Assembly (NCBI GenBank): GCA_951406725.2 | Contig: OX597815.1 | Location: forward strand, 1,054,001-1,118,000 | Length of the DNA: 64,000 bases | From: Octopus vulgaris | Taxonomy: Eukaryota | Direction: 5' to 3' | Shown here: in pieces, positions 1-12,872 of the stretch | Layout of the letters: each line of letters begins with the position of its first letter | How positions within the stretch are numbered: position 1 is the first letter of the stretch | Program-made: the position numbers and the translations under genes | The notes under the pieces: generated by a model | What the model was told of the DNA's origin: nothing | Database searches by the model: none | Seen by the model: only the letters and a program-made list of their open reading frames with translations

Positions 1-762
1 CCGGCATCTCGTCAAGACAAACAAAAATGTTGTGAAAACGACCGTTAAATAAAGGGAAATTACTATGTGAATGACCGTTATATAAAGGAGAAAAAACTCG
101 AAGGCGAGAAAGTAAAAAACGCTCGTAGAATTTGAGTATGCGTGCATGCACACCCACATACATGTGCCTATATGCATATGCTCACTCACACACACATGAA
201 ACACATACATGTACTTTATCCATGTATATATAAGTTATGGAGGGTGAAGATTTATATAAGGTGAAGAGGACTTTTTAGCCTTGTCAAAAACAGGATGTCT
301 GTGGATGCCCTGGCTAAAGCACCCAATATATTATTTAAAGCTGTTAGAGTTAAGAAGGGCCTCCAAAAGTTAAATCTAGAAGTGCAACATAGTCCCTGAC
401 TTGTTTAGGAGGACAATAACTTTGCATATGGACTGATTTGTACTGTAAAGACTTGTTCAACCCATGCTAGCATGAAAAGTGGATGTCAAACGATAATGAC
501 AAGGGGATAATTACATACACTGACAACTGTTTTATGAAGAGAAAAAGAAAAAAACAAAGACCACAGCAGAGATCACATTTTGTTAAAGAATTAACCGAAA
601 CAGGTTCAAACACAAAAACTAAGTCTTGTGTTCAGAATGACAGGGTTTAGACATAACTGATACACTTGTACAGTGAGTCTCACAGACCCTTTGTAAGACC
701 CTTTCAACAATACATATTCCAAGTAAGATGCTTTGATGAATAATAATAATAGTAATAATAAA

Positions 763-1655
763 ACTAGAACAGCAAAGAACCATGATAAAACGATGGCAAG
801 AAAAGCCCCTTCATGGTAAATACTGGACTAAACTAAATGCAAAAGAAATAGACAAAGAAAAATCCCAGCAATGGTTGAGAAGCTCAGGACTCAAAGCAGA
901 GACAGAGGGATTTTTAATTGCAGCACAAGACCAAAGCCTCCCCACCAGAAATTACCAAAAACATGTAATGAAAAGAAATATTACAAGTAACTGCAGAATA
1001 TGTGGAGATGGACAAGAAACAATAAATCATATTATCTCTGGCTGCCCAGTCCTGGCTAAGAAGGAATATATTCACAGACATGACAGAGTTGGAACCTACA
1101 TACACTGGAAGCTATGCCAACATTATGGAATAACAACAGAAAAAAGATGGTATAGGCACACACCAGAAAAGGTCACAGAAAACGAGAAAGCAACCATACT
1201 CTGGGATATGCCAATACACACAGATAGAGAAATTAAGGCCAACAGACCAGATATAGTTGTCGGAGATTATGAAGAAAAAAAATGCTTTCTAATTGATGTA
1301 TCAATACCGGCAGATGACAATGTGTCTCTAAAAGAAATGGAGAAACTTTCAAAATACAAAGACCTGGAAATAGAGGTAACTAGAATGTGGAACCTGAAAA
1401 CAGAAACAATTCCTATCATAGTAGGCGCATTAGGCATGATAAAAAAATATTCTGAGAAATACATAACAAAAACACCAGGACTTACAAACACATATAACAT
1501 ACAGAAAATTGCACTACTAGGCACTGCACACATCCTACGCAGAACACTTTCCATACAATAACCATCAGAGCATCACAACAAATCACAGCACATATCCAAG
1601 GCACACAGAGCTGCGCTCGGTAGTGAAGTGAAAGCACGCTATAAAAATAAAACTA

Positions 1656-1660
<5 letters not shown>
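763..1660 (+). mobile_element. 5'-truncated R4/Dong-clade non-LTR retrotransposon (3' ORF end 782-1561: CCHC finger plus restriction-like endonuclease)
   Basis: ORF has ETEGFLIAAQDQ, CRICG..ETINHIISGC, RHD, LWD, RPDIVV, IDVSIP, K..KY, IVGALG, KIALLGTAHILR; followed by a 3'UTR, with (TAA)n on both sides. Confidence 0.92.

Positions 1661-1708
<48 letters not shown>
1660..1708. repeat. (TAA)n microsatellite, tail/target of the Dong-like element
   Basis: Read directly. Confidence 0.95.
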
Positions 1709-1709
<1 letters not shown>

Positions 1710-3629
1710 CTGGTGTGTTTAATTTAATGGCCTACCAATGTATACAGTGCATTTCTCTGTCCTAGATGTCAGGAAGACACTCAGCAAGAAATGGAAACAA
1801 TTCAAAGAAAATTATAACGATAACAACAACAACAATAATAATAATAATGATAAATTAAAATTTTGACACAAAGTCAGCAATTTTAAGCTTGGAGATAATT
1901 CACTGACATCAATCCCAGAACTCAACTGGTTCTTTGTAGTGCATAACAATAAGAAGAAGAAGAATCTTCACTGATTTCGGTACAAGGCCAGCAATCTGGA
2001 GGTGGGGGGGGGCATTAGTCAATTTCATTGATCCCAGTATTTTACTGGTATTTTATTTTATTTTATCAACAGTGAAAGGATGAAAAAAAAAAACAAAGTT
2101 GACTTCATTAGGATTTGAACTTGGAACAGAACGAATTGGAAGCAAGACTGCAAAGTATGTCGTGTGAAGTTAAGAGAGGGTAGGGTGGGGTGGGGTGGGG
2201 AGTAAAGTCAATTACATCGACCCCAGAATTTGAGAGCTAACAACAACAACACAAACAAAGGCCACTAAAACAATCCAAAGATTGAGAATTATTTTGTTGA
2301 TTTCTCACTTTTGATAAGCTGAGTAGTGGAATCAGCATCAGTTAAAGACGGTGAAACACCTACCTGGCATCTTGCAGAACTTCGGTAAACATTTACAGAA
2401 TTCTTTACAATATTCTTTACTCCGAGAGAGAAGATCTTCTTGCTTAGGCTACCTGCTACCAATATCAAATGCTTATATAGAATTTCGTCATGTGTGGAGG
2501 GTTGTAGGGATGGTGGGGACTGAGCAGGTAACACTTTTGATACGACAGCAGGTAATACGAGTCAATAAAGGAGTCTTTGTGTGGTTGCAAGAAATAGCAG
2601 TTAAATCTTCCTCAAATTATATCTCACTGGCTTAGTAAAACACACAGTGAATAAAGTGGTCCTGGATGCCTTGCATACAGACAGGATGGTCATGGTTAGA
2701 ACGATTTTGATCATGGGTCTGTTCACTGTAGGTTCACCTGGGGCTAAACAACCTGGTATTGGGTCTGGTAGAAACGACAGAGAAATAGAGGGAAGCTGTG
2801 AGTTGTGTGAAATGGAGAACCGAGTCGAGAAACTGCTGTTGTTGTTGTTGTTGTTGTTGTTTGTGGTTTCAAACATCTTGAATAAATAAACAAACAAACA
2901 AACATATTGGTCGCACAGGAACAGATTCAGCAAAACCTGATACAGCAACAACAACAACAACTTGCATCAAAAAGAAAAGAAATGACAGTAACAGCTTTCT
3001 TTTTTTTTAACAAGAACAGCCTTGGTGACAGCAGCTACCACCACCACCACCACCACCACTACTGCTACTACTACTACTACTACCACCACTGCTACTACTA
3101 CTACAGATTGGAATCAACAACGAGTGTTCATTGGAGGAAGCCTTTATAGGGTGACTCAACCAGGTAGAAATAGCAACCAAACATTCCTTGAAATCACATT
3201 TTAGTCATTCTTTTAAAACAGCACATTGGATAATGTAGTCCTAGGTACACTTATATCCGAGGTCGACTTTGCCTTTCATCCTTTCGGGGTTGATAAATAT
3301 AGTACCAGTTTCGCACTGGGGTTGATGCAATCGACTTAATCCCTTTGTCTGTCCTTGTTTGTCCCCTCTATGTTTAGCCCCTATCCGATAGTTGTGGGTG
3401 CTCCATGTAATCCAGTGGGTGGTTGTTGGCGAGGGAAGGGATTGGGGATTAAACTGACACCCCCACCCTACTCTCACCACCACCAGGTTAGCTGTGTGAA
3501 GGGAGAGGGGAGAGGATGCTAGAAACACAACAGAACAAAAGCATTACCTGTCAAAAGGGGAAGATGACCCCAGCAAAGGGTAGGTAGGAGAGTGGGAGGG
3601 TGCTGGGTACCATTATGACAATTCCCAAG

Positions 3630-3829
3630 GTGGCAAGCTAGCAGAAACCAGCCGAAATGCTTAGTGGTATTGTGTCTGTCTTTACATTGAGTTCAAATTC
3701 GGCCAAGGTCGATTTTGCCTTTCATCCTTTCGAGGTCAATAAATTAAGTACCAGTTGCATACTGGGGGTCGATCTAATTGACTGGCCCCTGCCCCCAAAA
3801 TTTCGGGCCTTGTGCCTAGAGTAGAAAAG
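3630..3829 (+). mobile_element. SINE family B (variant tail) with 10-bp TSD AATTCCCAAG
   Basis: Head GGTGGCAAGCTAGCAGAA, GAGTTCAAATTC box, core GCCTTTCATCCTTTCGAGGTC; TSD at 3620-3629 and 3830-3839. Confidence 0.85.
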
Positions 3830-4749
3830 AATTCCCAAGAGAGTTCCTCATAGCAAGTTGTGGGTATAGACCTTTACAGTAACCCAAGAGAAACACAGGC
3901 CTTAACTATAACAGCCAGTTAATCCCTTTCACTCCCAGATTTCTCTTGAAATCCACGGCTTTTATTTCAATTATTTTTGAAAACAATAAAGAGTTTATTA
4001 AAATAATTTTGTCATTATTAAACTGGAATTTGGGTGCAGATCCCTAAAGTGGGATGCGACATGCTGTGACATGTTCTCTGGCTGCAAACCCAGGTATTGC
4101 AGCCCGTAATGCAGAGAAAGAGGCCTGACTGGCTGCTATCAGTTTGTGGCAACCCCTGTCGAGATGTCTGGTGTTCTTGGACCCTGCTCTGTTGGTTTCC
4201 TTTGCAAAATTGGGATGACTGCAGCCCGTCAGAAAAATAAACCATTCGAGGTGAGATGATTGCTGCAATGAGTGGCACTGGCCATTCTCCATGGCAACAC
4301 ATTTGCAATCATGTCTGTGAGGCTTGACTAAACACACCATTTGTTCTGGGGAGTACAAACTTCTATTCTCTCCCTGCCATCTTCTGCTGCTTCACCCCCA
4401 CCACCTTTTATTTGTTTCCTTGGTGAAGTCGTTAGGAGTTTCTTTGCCTCAGTAATTCCGTCTTTTACACTTTGTTCTTTCTTTTCTTCTGTGAAAATGT
4501 GTTTCCAATAAAATGTCTTTCAGTAAAAGAGCAGAGATTTGCATGGGATTTTGAAGGAAAGCTTTAAATTCAGACCCCTTTAAAACAATAAAATTTTATC
4601 AGAGAAACAGGGTCAGTTTGAGGTGGGTTGGGGTCAAAAGGGTTAATGAGTTCTACTGCTGGTTATATGTGTTATTAGATATGTCCTGGTATGAAGACAC
4701 ACGGCCTGGTGGTCAGGGTAAGAGAGTAGTTTCAATTCCTAGGCCAGGC

Positions 4750-5125
4750 ACAGGCATGGCTGGCTGGTAAGAAGCTTGCTTTCAAACCACATGGTTCCAG
4801 GTTCAGTTCCATGGCATGGTACTTTGGGCAAGTGTCTTCTACTATAGCCTCAGGTGAACCAAAGCTTTGAGTGGATTTGGTAGACAGAAACCATAAGAAG
4901 CCTGTTCAATATGTGGGTCCTTCTGCCTGGGTTTGTCTCCCCCCCCCGCCCCCCACATCACTTGAAAAACTAGCGTTGGTATGTTTATGTCCCCATAACT
5001 TAGTGGTTTGGGAAAAAGAGACTAACAGAATAACTACCGGGTTTAAAATAAGTACAGGGGTCGATCCATTAAACTAGAAATAACTCAAGGCAGTGCTCTA
5101 GCATGGCACATCAAAAAAGATAAAG
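4750..5125 (+). mobile_element. SINE family A (diverged)
   Basis: Co-linear with the 9735-10142 copy: GGTTCCAGGTTCAGT, GGCAAGTGTCTTCTACTATAGCC, GGATTTGGTAGAC. Confidence 0.85.
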
Positions 5126-5377
5126 AGGCAAATTGTTGCATCTTTGAGCAAAACATTAGTGTCTTGATGTTCTGAGTGGTGGCTGAGTAGAGGTGCAGCT
5201 CTCACTCTCACTCTCACTCCAGCTGTCACTTCATAAATGTGTCACTGGGTCAAGGATGGCACAGATGACAGGCTGTCTCTGTCGACACCTGGTGACCAGA
5301 AAAGCACCTTAAAACAATTAGCAAAAACACGCAACATGTTACCAGGCCATAACTCACTTCCATTTCAAATGGGTGGA

Positions 5378-5660
5378 TGTGTGTGAGAGAGAGAGAGAGA
5401 GTGTGTGTGTGAGAGAGAGTGTGTGTGTGAGAGAGAGAGAGAGAGTGAGAGAGAGAAAGATTGTGAGAAAGAGTATGAGAGAAAGAGTGTGAAAGAAAGA
5501 GTGTGAGAGATGGTGTGAGAGAGAGTGAGTGTGTGAGAGAGAGAGAGAGACGGTGTGTCTGAGAGAGGGAGTGAAAGGAAGAGTGGTATACATATGAGAG
5601 AGAGAGAGAGAGAAAGAAAGAGAGAGAGAGTGTGTGTGTGTGTGTGTCAAAGAAAGAGAG
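5378..5660. repeat. Compound (GA)n/(GT)n microsatellite
   Basis: Read directly. Confidence 0.95.
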
Positions 5661-5890
5661 AAGATTAATTGAAGAAACCCCCAAAGTGTATTTGTGTCTG
5701 AAGTAGAGAGAAGTTAGACAAGGAATGGAAACAAAAGCCTGGACTCCAAGTGACAGCAACACCAGTCCTGGCTCTTTACTAAGTCAAAATACTTTTGTTT
5801 TTTTAACAAATATAAAATATGCAGTTTACAACAATATCTGGTTGTCTTTGTGTCCAACCATCTGCCCTTCTCTCTATGCGTTTGTCTATC

Positions 5891-6024
5891 TGTCTATAAA
5901 TCTGTGTCTATCTATCTATCTGTCTATAAATCTGTGTCTATCTATCTATCTGTCTATAAATCTGTGTCTATCTATCTATCTGTCTATAAATCTGTGTCTA
6001 TCTATCTACCTGTCTATAAATCTG
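5891..6024. repeat. 30-bp minisatellite TGTCTATAAATCTGTGTCTATCTATCTATC, about 4.5 copies
   Basis: Units start at 5891, 5921, 5951, 5981 and 6011. Confidence 0.95.
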
Positions 6025-6520
6025 TCTGTCTGTCTGCTGCCTATCAGCTTGTTTATCCTAGCTAGCTAGTTCTGTATCTATCTACCTGTCTGTCTGTCTG
6101 TCTCTCCATCCATCTAACTATGTATCTATGAATCTCGCTCTCCACATATCTCAGATGTCTGTCTATCAGTCTATGTATATATCTATTCATTTAGATATTT
6201 ATCTATCTACCTCTCTCCATCCATTTTCCAGTCCAACCAACCGTCTGTCTATCCATCCATCCACCCATCCAAAATATTCATCCATCCACCTGTCTGTCTA
6301 TTTATAATTTTCCTTTGAGTTTTCTGACGGAAATTATATTTACAATCAACAACATACAATTATAATCACATTGAATATCTTTCATCCTATCCACCACCAC
6401 CACCACCAATATCATCATCATCATCAGCATCGCCACCACCACCACCATCATAATTGTAACTGCCTTCCATCAACATTGCTGTTAACAAGACAGCAAGAGT
6501 GTCTCTATATAATTACTTTA

Positions 6521-6753
6521 AAGGTGGTGAGCTGGCAGAATCGTTAGCAAGCCGGGCGAAGTGCTTAGTGGTATTTCGTCTGTCGTTACGTTCTGAGTTC
6601 AAATTCCGTCGAGGTCGACTTTGCCTTTCATCCTTTCGGGGTCGATAAATAAAGCACCAGTTTCGCACTGGGGTCAATGTAATTGACTTAATGCCTTTGT
6701 CTGTCCTTGTTTGTCCTCTCTATGTTTAGCCCCTTGTGGGTAGTAAAGAAATA
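6521..6753 (+). mobile_element. SINE family B, full length, 15-bp TSD TATATAATTACTTTA
   Basis: tRNA-like head, GAGTTCAAATTCC B-box, core GCCTTTCATCCTTTCGGGGTCGATAAA; TSD at 6506-6520 and 6754-6768. Confidence 0.92.
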
Positions 6754-7090
6754 TATATAATTACTTTATCTGCTAGAAATAACAGTTAACCGTCCTTGAA
6801 ATCACATCTTACTATCTTAGAAAAAAGGAGGGATACATTGGCTAATGCAACTACATGCATTGTCTGTCTCACTCCCATAAAATACAAGAAATTCTCAAGA
6901 TATCTTATACATACATGTATATAACAGTGTAAACACGACAGTGTATATAACACACAGTGTGTGTATATACAAGTGGAAGAGGCAGCGTATATAAGACAGT
7001 GTCTTCATCCTCATTGTTCCGACATCTTTGTTTCCATTCTTGTATGGAACCAAACTGAATTCTGTGAGGCAGATTTTCTACAGACAGGTG

Positions 7091-7127
<37 letters not shown>

Positions 7128-7373
7128 AGATAAGAAAATGGAGAACTACATCTAAGTCAAATATTTGATTTAGATGTATTTCTCCATTTTCTTATTTTGT
7201 ATTAGTAATTTGTGGTAAATCATTTTACCTCTGCCCATATAATACAGTAAATGAATTGATTGCATCGCAATCCTTAACATTTATGTATTAACTTTGTTGG
7301 GTACTTCACTAGCAGTATATTGGATATATGTTATCCCATGGAGGGTTGCATTTACAACCCCTATCTCAATTTG

Positions 7374-7399
<26 letters not shown>

Positions 7400-7414
<15 letters not shown>

Positions 7415-7612
7415 ATTTGTGTGCCTGTGTTCCCCCCACACATCACTTGACAATCAATGTTGGTGTGTTTATGTCCTCATAACTTAGCAGTTTGACAAAT
7501 AAGACTGATAGAATACTAGGCTTACAAAGAATAAATCCTGGGGTCGATTTGCTCGACTAAAGGTGGTGCTCCAGCATGGCCACAGTCAAAATGACAGAAA
7601 CAAGTAAAAGAA
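7400..7612 (+). mobile_element. SINE family A, 3' half
   Basis: Matches the 9950-10140 tail (GGGGTCGATTTGCTCGACTAAAGGTGGTGCTCCAGCATGGCC). Confidence 0.85.
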
Positions 7613-7639
7613 AAAAAAAGTACACACACAAAGACAGAG

Positions 7640-8245
7640 GAAAACTATTCAATCCAAGCCAAGTAGTTACTTAGCAAGGTTAAAAATGCTGACAAACATG
7701 GCCTGCTTTGATTCTTCTCTGATATGAAAATCTTCAATCAAGACCAAAACTCTAACAAGAGAAATGACAGAGGATCATGTGCAGATCCTTCTGATGTCCC
7801 AAAGTGGTTCCAACACCTTGAGTGGTTTTAGGAGTGATGAGCAATGGAGGTCATGTCGTGGTGGCTCACATCTCTCCACAGAGTCTCGGAATTAATGTCA
7901 TGGTCCTAAAGACAGATGTTAATCCCTGGATGGATGAGGTATGCAGTGGAAGGGCATTTACGTTTCACAAAGCCCATAAAGCCTAAGAATGGATGTCACA
8001 CAATCTTTATGATCAGGTAACGCCAAATTTTTGGCCTCCAAACTCACAAAATTTAAATCCCAAGAACTACTACATTCGGAGGATTGTTGAAAGAAAGACT
8101 TATCACCATTCTCACAATAATATAGCTGCACTGAATAGCGCCATTGATGTCTGAAATGGAAAAAGGATCTTTTATTGAGGTCAATGATTCCAGTTCTGCA
8201 TTGAATCAATTGTCAAAGCCAAAGGTGGATTCATAGAATAAGATT
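7640..8245 (+). mobile_element. Degenerate Tc1/mariner-superfamily transposase remnant (maT/DD37D-like)
   Basis: Translated across frameshifts: FFSDMKIFNQDQNSNKRNDR, VLGVMSNGGHV, FWPPNSQNLNP (compare FSDE and WPPxSPDLNP). Confidence 0.75.
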
Positions 8246-8699
8246 ATGAGAAGTTTATTGAGGACATGTACGCACATTCTTAATAGAAATACATTTAATT
8301 TTATAAGACTAGAGTTGTTTTATTAAATTGCCAGATATATCCAGGAATACAAGTTCTGATCCCAAAGTACAGGACTGGTGCCATAAAAAGACAGCTACAA
8401 CATGCATCAACTTGGCATTTAATGTTCTTTGAAGTTGTCCCCTTCTGGAGCCACACACTTTCTCCAGCATCATTTCCATTGATGGCAACAAGTGTTCCTG
8501 GAACTCCTTTTGGGGATAGTGAGCATCTCCCTCATCACATTCTCTTTGATTTCCTTGACATTTGTTCCTTCCAAATGGAATTTGGTTTTTGGAAAGATTC
8601 TTGGTCATAATTTTCAAGCCATGTCTCATTAAACACACACACACACACACACACACATTCACTGTCATGGTCACTGATGGAACGTCTGTGGTGTGCGTG

Positions 8700-8900
8700 C
8701 ACAACCACACTCTACACATTTTACTTTCGAGCACAGCTATAAACAACACAAGGAAGGAGGAGACCGAGGGAGACATGGGATGAAGTGGTAAGGACCGATC
8801 TCAGGAAGTTGGGGCCACATGGGGGAAATGACCATGGACTGAGATGTCTGGCGATATGAAGTTCTTGAGAAGACCTGCCCACATCAGTGAAACTGAGTTC
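8700..8900 (+). mobile_element. RTE-clade LINE 3' coding remnant
   Basis: Encodes ..TWDEVVRTDLRKLG..DVWRYEVLEKT, homologous to the end of the 18.4-kb RTE. Confidence 0.65.
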
Positions 8901-9439
8901 TAGAAGCCCTGTGTGCCCCACCCTCACTTAACAAGAAAACTTCTCACACACTCTACCACAACAAACCAAACTACATTTCTTCTTTTCCTCGCAATTCCAC
9001 TTCATGCACTACGCTTATCTCTCACTCCTCAATCCTGTCCTCTTGGCTCTGTGCCATTGTATCAGTTCTCTGCTAGCTTCTGACCTGTGTGTTCCACCCA
9101 TGACCTGTCTCACTGTATCATTGCATATGCCTGGCACTTTGCCACCATCTCTATCCTGCTGTCTCCCACTCTCTCTCTCTCTCTCTCTCTCTCCTTCTGC
9201 ACTTCCTTCCGGTTGGGTAACCATGTATCTCCTTTGTGGCAGCACACCTGTTTCTTTCCTCATTCCTGATCTCTCCCTCTCTCTCCCCCACCGGTCAGGT
9301 AACCTTGTAACTCATCTACAGCAAGACACCTGTATCTGTCTCACCATAACCTTTCATCATCCAACACAAGATCACCTCTTCCAATGCCCCCTACCCTCTC
9401 AAAAGTTATTTTTCTTTGTTTTGCAAGGTACTTGGTGAC

Positions 9440-9705
9440 CCTGTCAGTGTAGGTGCCACTTAAAAGCACCCAGTCAATACTGTAAAAATGGTTGGTGTTA
9501 GGAAGGGCATCCAGCTGTAAAAACCTTGCCACATAAAAAGCACTAAGTCCACTCTGCTGAGTGGTTGGTGTTAGGAAGGGCATCCAGCTGTAAAAATCCT
9601 GTCAAAACAGTTACAGAAGTTTGGTGCAGGCTCCAGCCTGGCCGGCTCTTGTGAAACCGTCCCACCTATGCTAGAAAGGGAGGTGGGCATTAAACAATGA
9701 TGATG
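9440..9705 (+). mobile_element. Retroposon tail family D with a short internal duplication
   Basis: GGTTGGTGTTAGGAAGGGCATCCAGCTGTAAAA occurs twice; ends in (TGA)n. Confidence 0.8.
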
Positions 9706-9734
9706 AGATGTGTGTATGTATATATGCATACATA

Positions 9735-9905
9735 GGCGTAGAAGCGGCTGCATGGTAAGTAGCTTGCTTACGAACCTCATGGTTCCAGGTTCAGTCCCAC
9801 TGCGTCACACCTTGGGCAAGTGTCTTCTACTATAGCCTCAGGCTGACCAAAGCCTTGTGAGTGGATTTGGTAGACGGAAACTGAGAGAAACCCGCCGTAT
9901 ATATG

Positions 9906-9936
<31 letters not shown>

Positions 9937-10142
9937 ATGTTTGTGTGCCTGTGTTTGTCCCCCCAACATCACTTGACAACCGATGCTGGTGTGTTTACGT
10001 ACCCGTAACGTAGCGGTTCGGCAAAAGAGACCGATAGAATAAGTACTAGGCTTCCAAAGAATAAGTCCTGGGGTCGATTTGCTCGACTAAAGGTGGTGCT
10101 CCAGCATGGCCACAGTCAAATGACTGAAACAAGTAAAAGAGT
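9735..10142 (+). mobile_element. SINE family A, full length
   Basis: tRNA-like head (TGGTAAG..GGTTCAGTCCC), central (TA)(TG)n, tail ..ATGACTGAAACAAGTAAAAGA; many copies in the window. Confidence 0.92.
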
Positions 10143-10887
10143 ATATATATATATATATATCACCACATTTTACATGTGTAAGTATGCTAATCACACCAAT
10201 TTTCTAATGAAGCAGAGGAACATACCACAGACTAATTAGTACATCGTTAGACATTAGTTTTCTTGACTGCTGACTGAAGAGCTATTTCATAAAACATCCA
10301 TCTATGTTTAAATCTCACCAAGGCCAGTCTTTCATCTTTGTGGAATCAGTGAAATAATGAATCCAGTAAAAAAATGGTAAAACCTGAAATAGCATCTCAG
10401 AGATTGAGCTTAAAATCGATGAAAGCCAGCGTTTAGATGTGTTTTGATTAAGGTTTATAGCAACATGACCGATGGCTGACCTGAGACAGGGGCAGATATA
10501 CAGCTGCTGCTGCTACTACTACTACTACTGTTGTATGTAGAACTCGTAAAGTTAAGATTAGAACAATTTTCATGAGAGAGACTGGAAATGAACCAAATCA
10601 TTAAAATTAGCAATCACATTATTGATGGTGATGATAATGATGAGGATGGTGGCGGTGGTGGTGATGATGATGATGGTAAAAGGACATTGACATTTAGACA
10701 GTTCTAAAAAAAAAAAATATCAGTTTTCTACCTTTTCTGAGGTATATATATTCACACATACACACATACATATACATACCAACACACAGACACACATGCG
10801 TGTATACATGTGTGAAGCAGGTAGTGAATGCTAACATATGCAATTTAGTGTGTGTGTGTTCATGTGATTATGTGTGTCCATATATAT

Positions 10888-11080
10888 ATCATCATCATCA
10901 TCATTTAACGTCCGTTTTCCATGCTGGCATGGGTTGGATGGCTTGACTGGGGACTGGCAAGCCAGAAGGCTGCACCAGGCTCCAATCTTGATCTGGCAGA
11001 GTTTCTACAGCCTGATGCCCTTCCTAGCGCCAACCACTCCGAGAGTGTAGTGGGTGCTTTTACATGCCACTGGCACGGAA
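10888..11080 (-). mobile_element. Retroposon tail family D
   Basis: Reverse complement of the 58898-59153 repeat; (TGA)n tail. Confidence 0.85.
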
Positions 11081-11174
11081 GCCAGTTATCCGCTCTTGCA
11101 ATGATCACGCTTTGTCGAACCGCTAAGTGACGGGGATGTGAACTCACCAACATTGGTTCTCAAGCGATGGTGAG

Positions 11175-11352
11175 GGTGACACACACGCACAACAGGCTTC
11201 TTTCAGTTTCCATCTACCAAATCCACTCACAAGGCTTTGGTTGGCCTGAGGCCATAGTAGAAGACCCTTGCCCAAGGTGCTACACAGTGGGACTGAACCT
11301 GGAACCATGTGGTTGGGAAGCAAGCTTCTTACCACACAGCCACTCCTGCACC
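11175..11352 (-). mobile_element. SINE family A, 5' half
   Basis: Reverse complement of the family A head. Confidence 0.85.
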
Positions 11353-11640
11353 CACATTGACTTTCTTTTTTGTTCTTCAGCTGATGTCACTTTACAAGTT
11401 TGATTGTAAATAAATGTTGATAACAGCTGTTCTCTTATCTTTGTATGTGTCGGTCTGTCTATCTGTCTAGCTCTTTCTCTCTCTCTCTCTCTCTCAGATT
11501 GTTAACTACCTCGAAATCCATCAGTCGGTCTACCAATTATCAATTATGTATCTGTCTGTCTATTTGTGGATCTATATTCAATAATGTATTGATTAACACC
11601 TATAAATGCATTCATATAAAGTCATGCTTTCATCTGTGAA

Positions 11641-11825
11641 TATATAGGGAAAGTTTACGAAAAAAAAAACAAAAGACGAAGACAGGTGGTGTAGAAAACA
11701 AATAGATGTATTAGTATAACGCTCAGGAATAGAAAAAGTCTTTTACGTTTCGAGCCTATGCTCTTCTACAGAAAGGGACACAGAAAAAACAAGGAGAGAG
11801 AAAAATGTGTGCAGTGGCTAACGAT
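11641..11825 (-). mobile_element. Probable Penelope-like pseudo-LTR fragment containing a minimal hammerhead motif
   Basis: Minus strand 11775-11740 reads CTTT-CTGTAGA-A-GAGC-ATAG-GCTC-GAAAC-GTA-AAAG. Confidence 0.55.
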
Positions 11826-12102
11826 GTGTGTGTGAGTGTGTGTGAATGTGTGTGTGTACAAACATGCACATATATACATGTGTGTGTGTGTGTGCTATAT
11901 CTGACACAAATGTCTCAGTTATGGCTGGATGTCCATCCTAACACCAGCCATTTTACAGAGGGCACTGGTACCATGGCACCACCACAAGAGACACACTAAA
12001 AGCTCCTCTTTACACTCTCTTGTCGCTGATTAATTCCCAAATTACTTCATTCACTGATATTTTTTCATGACATCAACACTAGTGAGGAGGTTGCCTCTCT
12101 GC

Positions 12103-12145
<43 letters not shown>

Positions 12146-12174
12146 CACACACACACACGTGCATGCGTGTGTGT

Positions 12175-12790
12175 GTGACTGTGTGGTAAGAGGTTTGCAT
12201 CCCAACCACATGGTTCCAGGTTCAGTCCCACTGTGTAGCACCTTGGACAAGTCTTGTACTATGGAAGCACTCCGTCGGTTATGACAATGAGGGTTCCGGT
12301 TGATCCGATCAACGGAACAGCCTGCTCGTGAAATTAACGTGTAAGTGGCTGAGCACTCCACAGACACATGTACCCGTAACGTAGTTCTCGGGGATATTCA
12401 GCGTGACACAGAGAGTGACAAGGCCGGCCCCTTGAAATACAGGTACAACAGAAACAGGAAGTAAGAGTGAGAGAAAGTTGGGGCGAAAGAGTACAGCAGG
12501 GATCACCACCATCCCCTGCCGGAGCCTCGTGGTGCTTTTTAGGTGTTATCGCTCAATAAACAATCACAACGCCCGGTCTGGGAATCGAAACCGCGATCCT
12601 ACGACCGTGAGTCCGCTGCCCTAACCACTGGGCCATTGCGCCTCCACTTCTTGTACTATAGCCCTAGGCTGACCAAAACCTTGTGAGTGGATTGAATAGA
12701 AGAAAACTGGAAGAAGCTCATTGTATATGTGCGTATATATGTATGTGTGTGTATGTGTGTGTGTGTGTGTGTGTTTGTGTCTTTTTGTTT
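12175..12790 (+). mobile_element. SINE family A interrupted by a family C SINE
   Basis: Head at 12175-12262 resumes at 12649. Confidence 0.85.
12263..12648 (-). mobile_element. SINE family C, full length, 11-bp TSD TCTTGTACTAT
   Basis: tRNA-like head GGAGGCGCAATGGCCCAGTGGTTAGGG..GGTTTCGATTCCC; TSD at 12252-12262 and 12649-12659. Confidence 0.92.
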
Positions 12791-12872
12791 TGACACAGGA
12801 TAATGTGGTAAATGAATGTCACTCATTTCCAAGATTCTGTTAAAAATGTCTAACCATTGGGAAATATTACCT

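Noticed and set aside
4044-4358. 104-aa minus-strand ORF as a gene
   Set aside because: Non-ATG start and no recognisable domain
10100-10142. Hammerhead in the family A SINE tail (AGTC-AAAT-GACT-GAAAC-AA-GTA)
   Set aside because: No CUGANGA core or stem I upstream; the CTGATGA in the 44.73-kb copy leaves no stem II
12570-12648. tRNA gene (also other tRNA-like heads)
   Set aside because: Continues into a SINE body and is enclosed by a TSD; it is a SINE head
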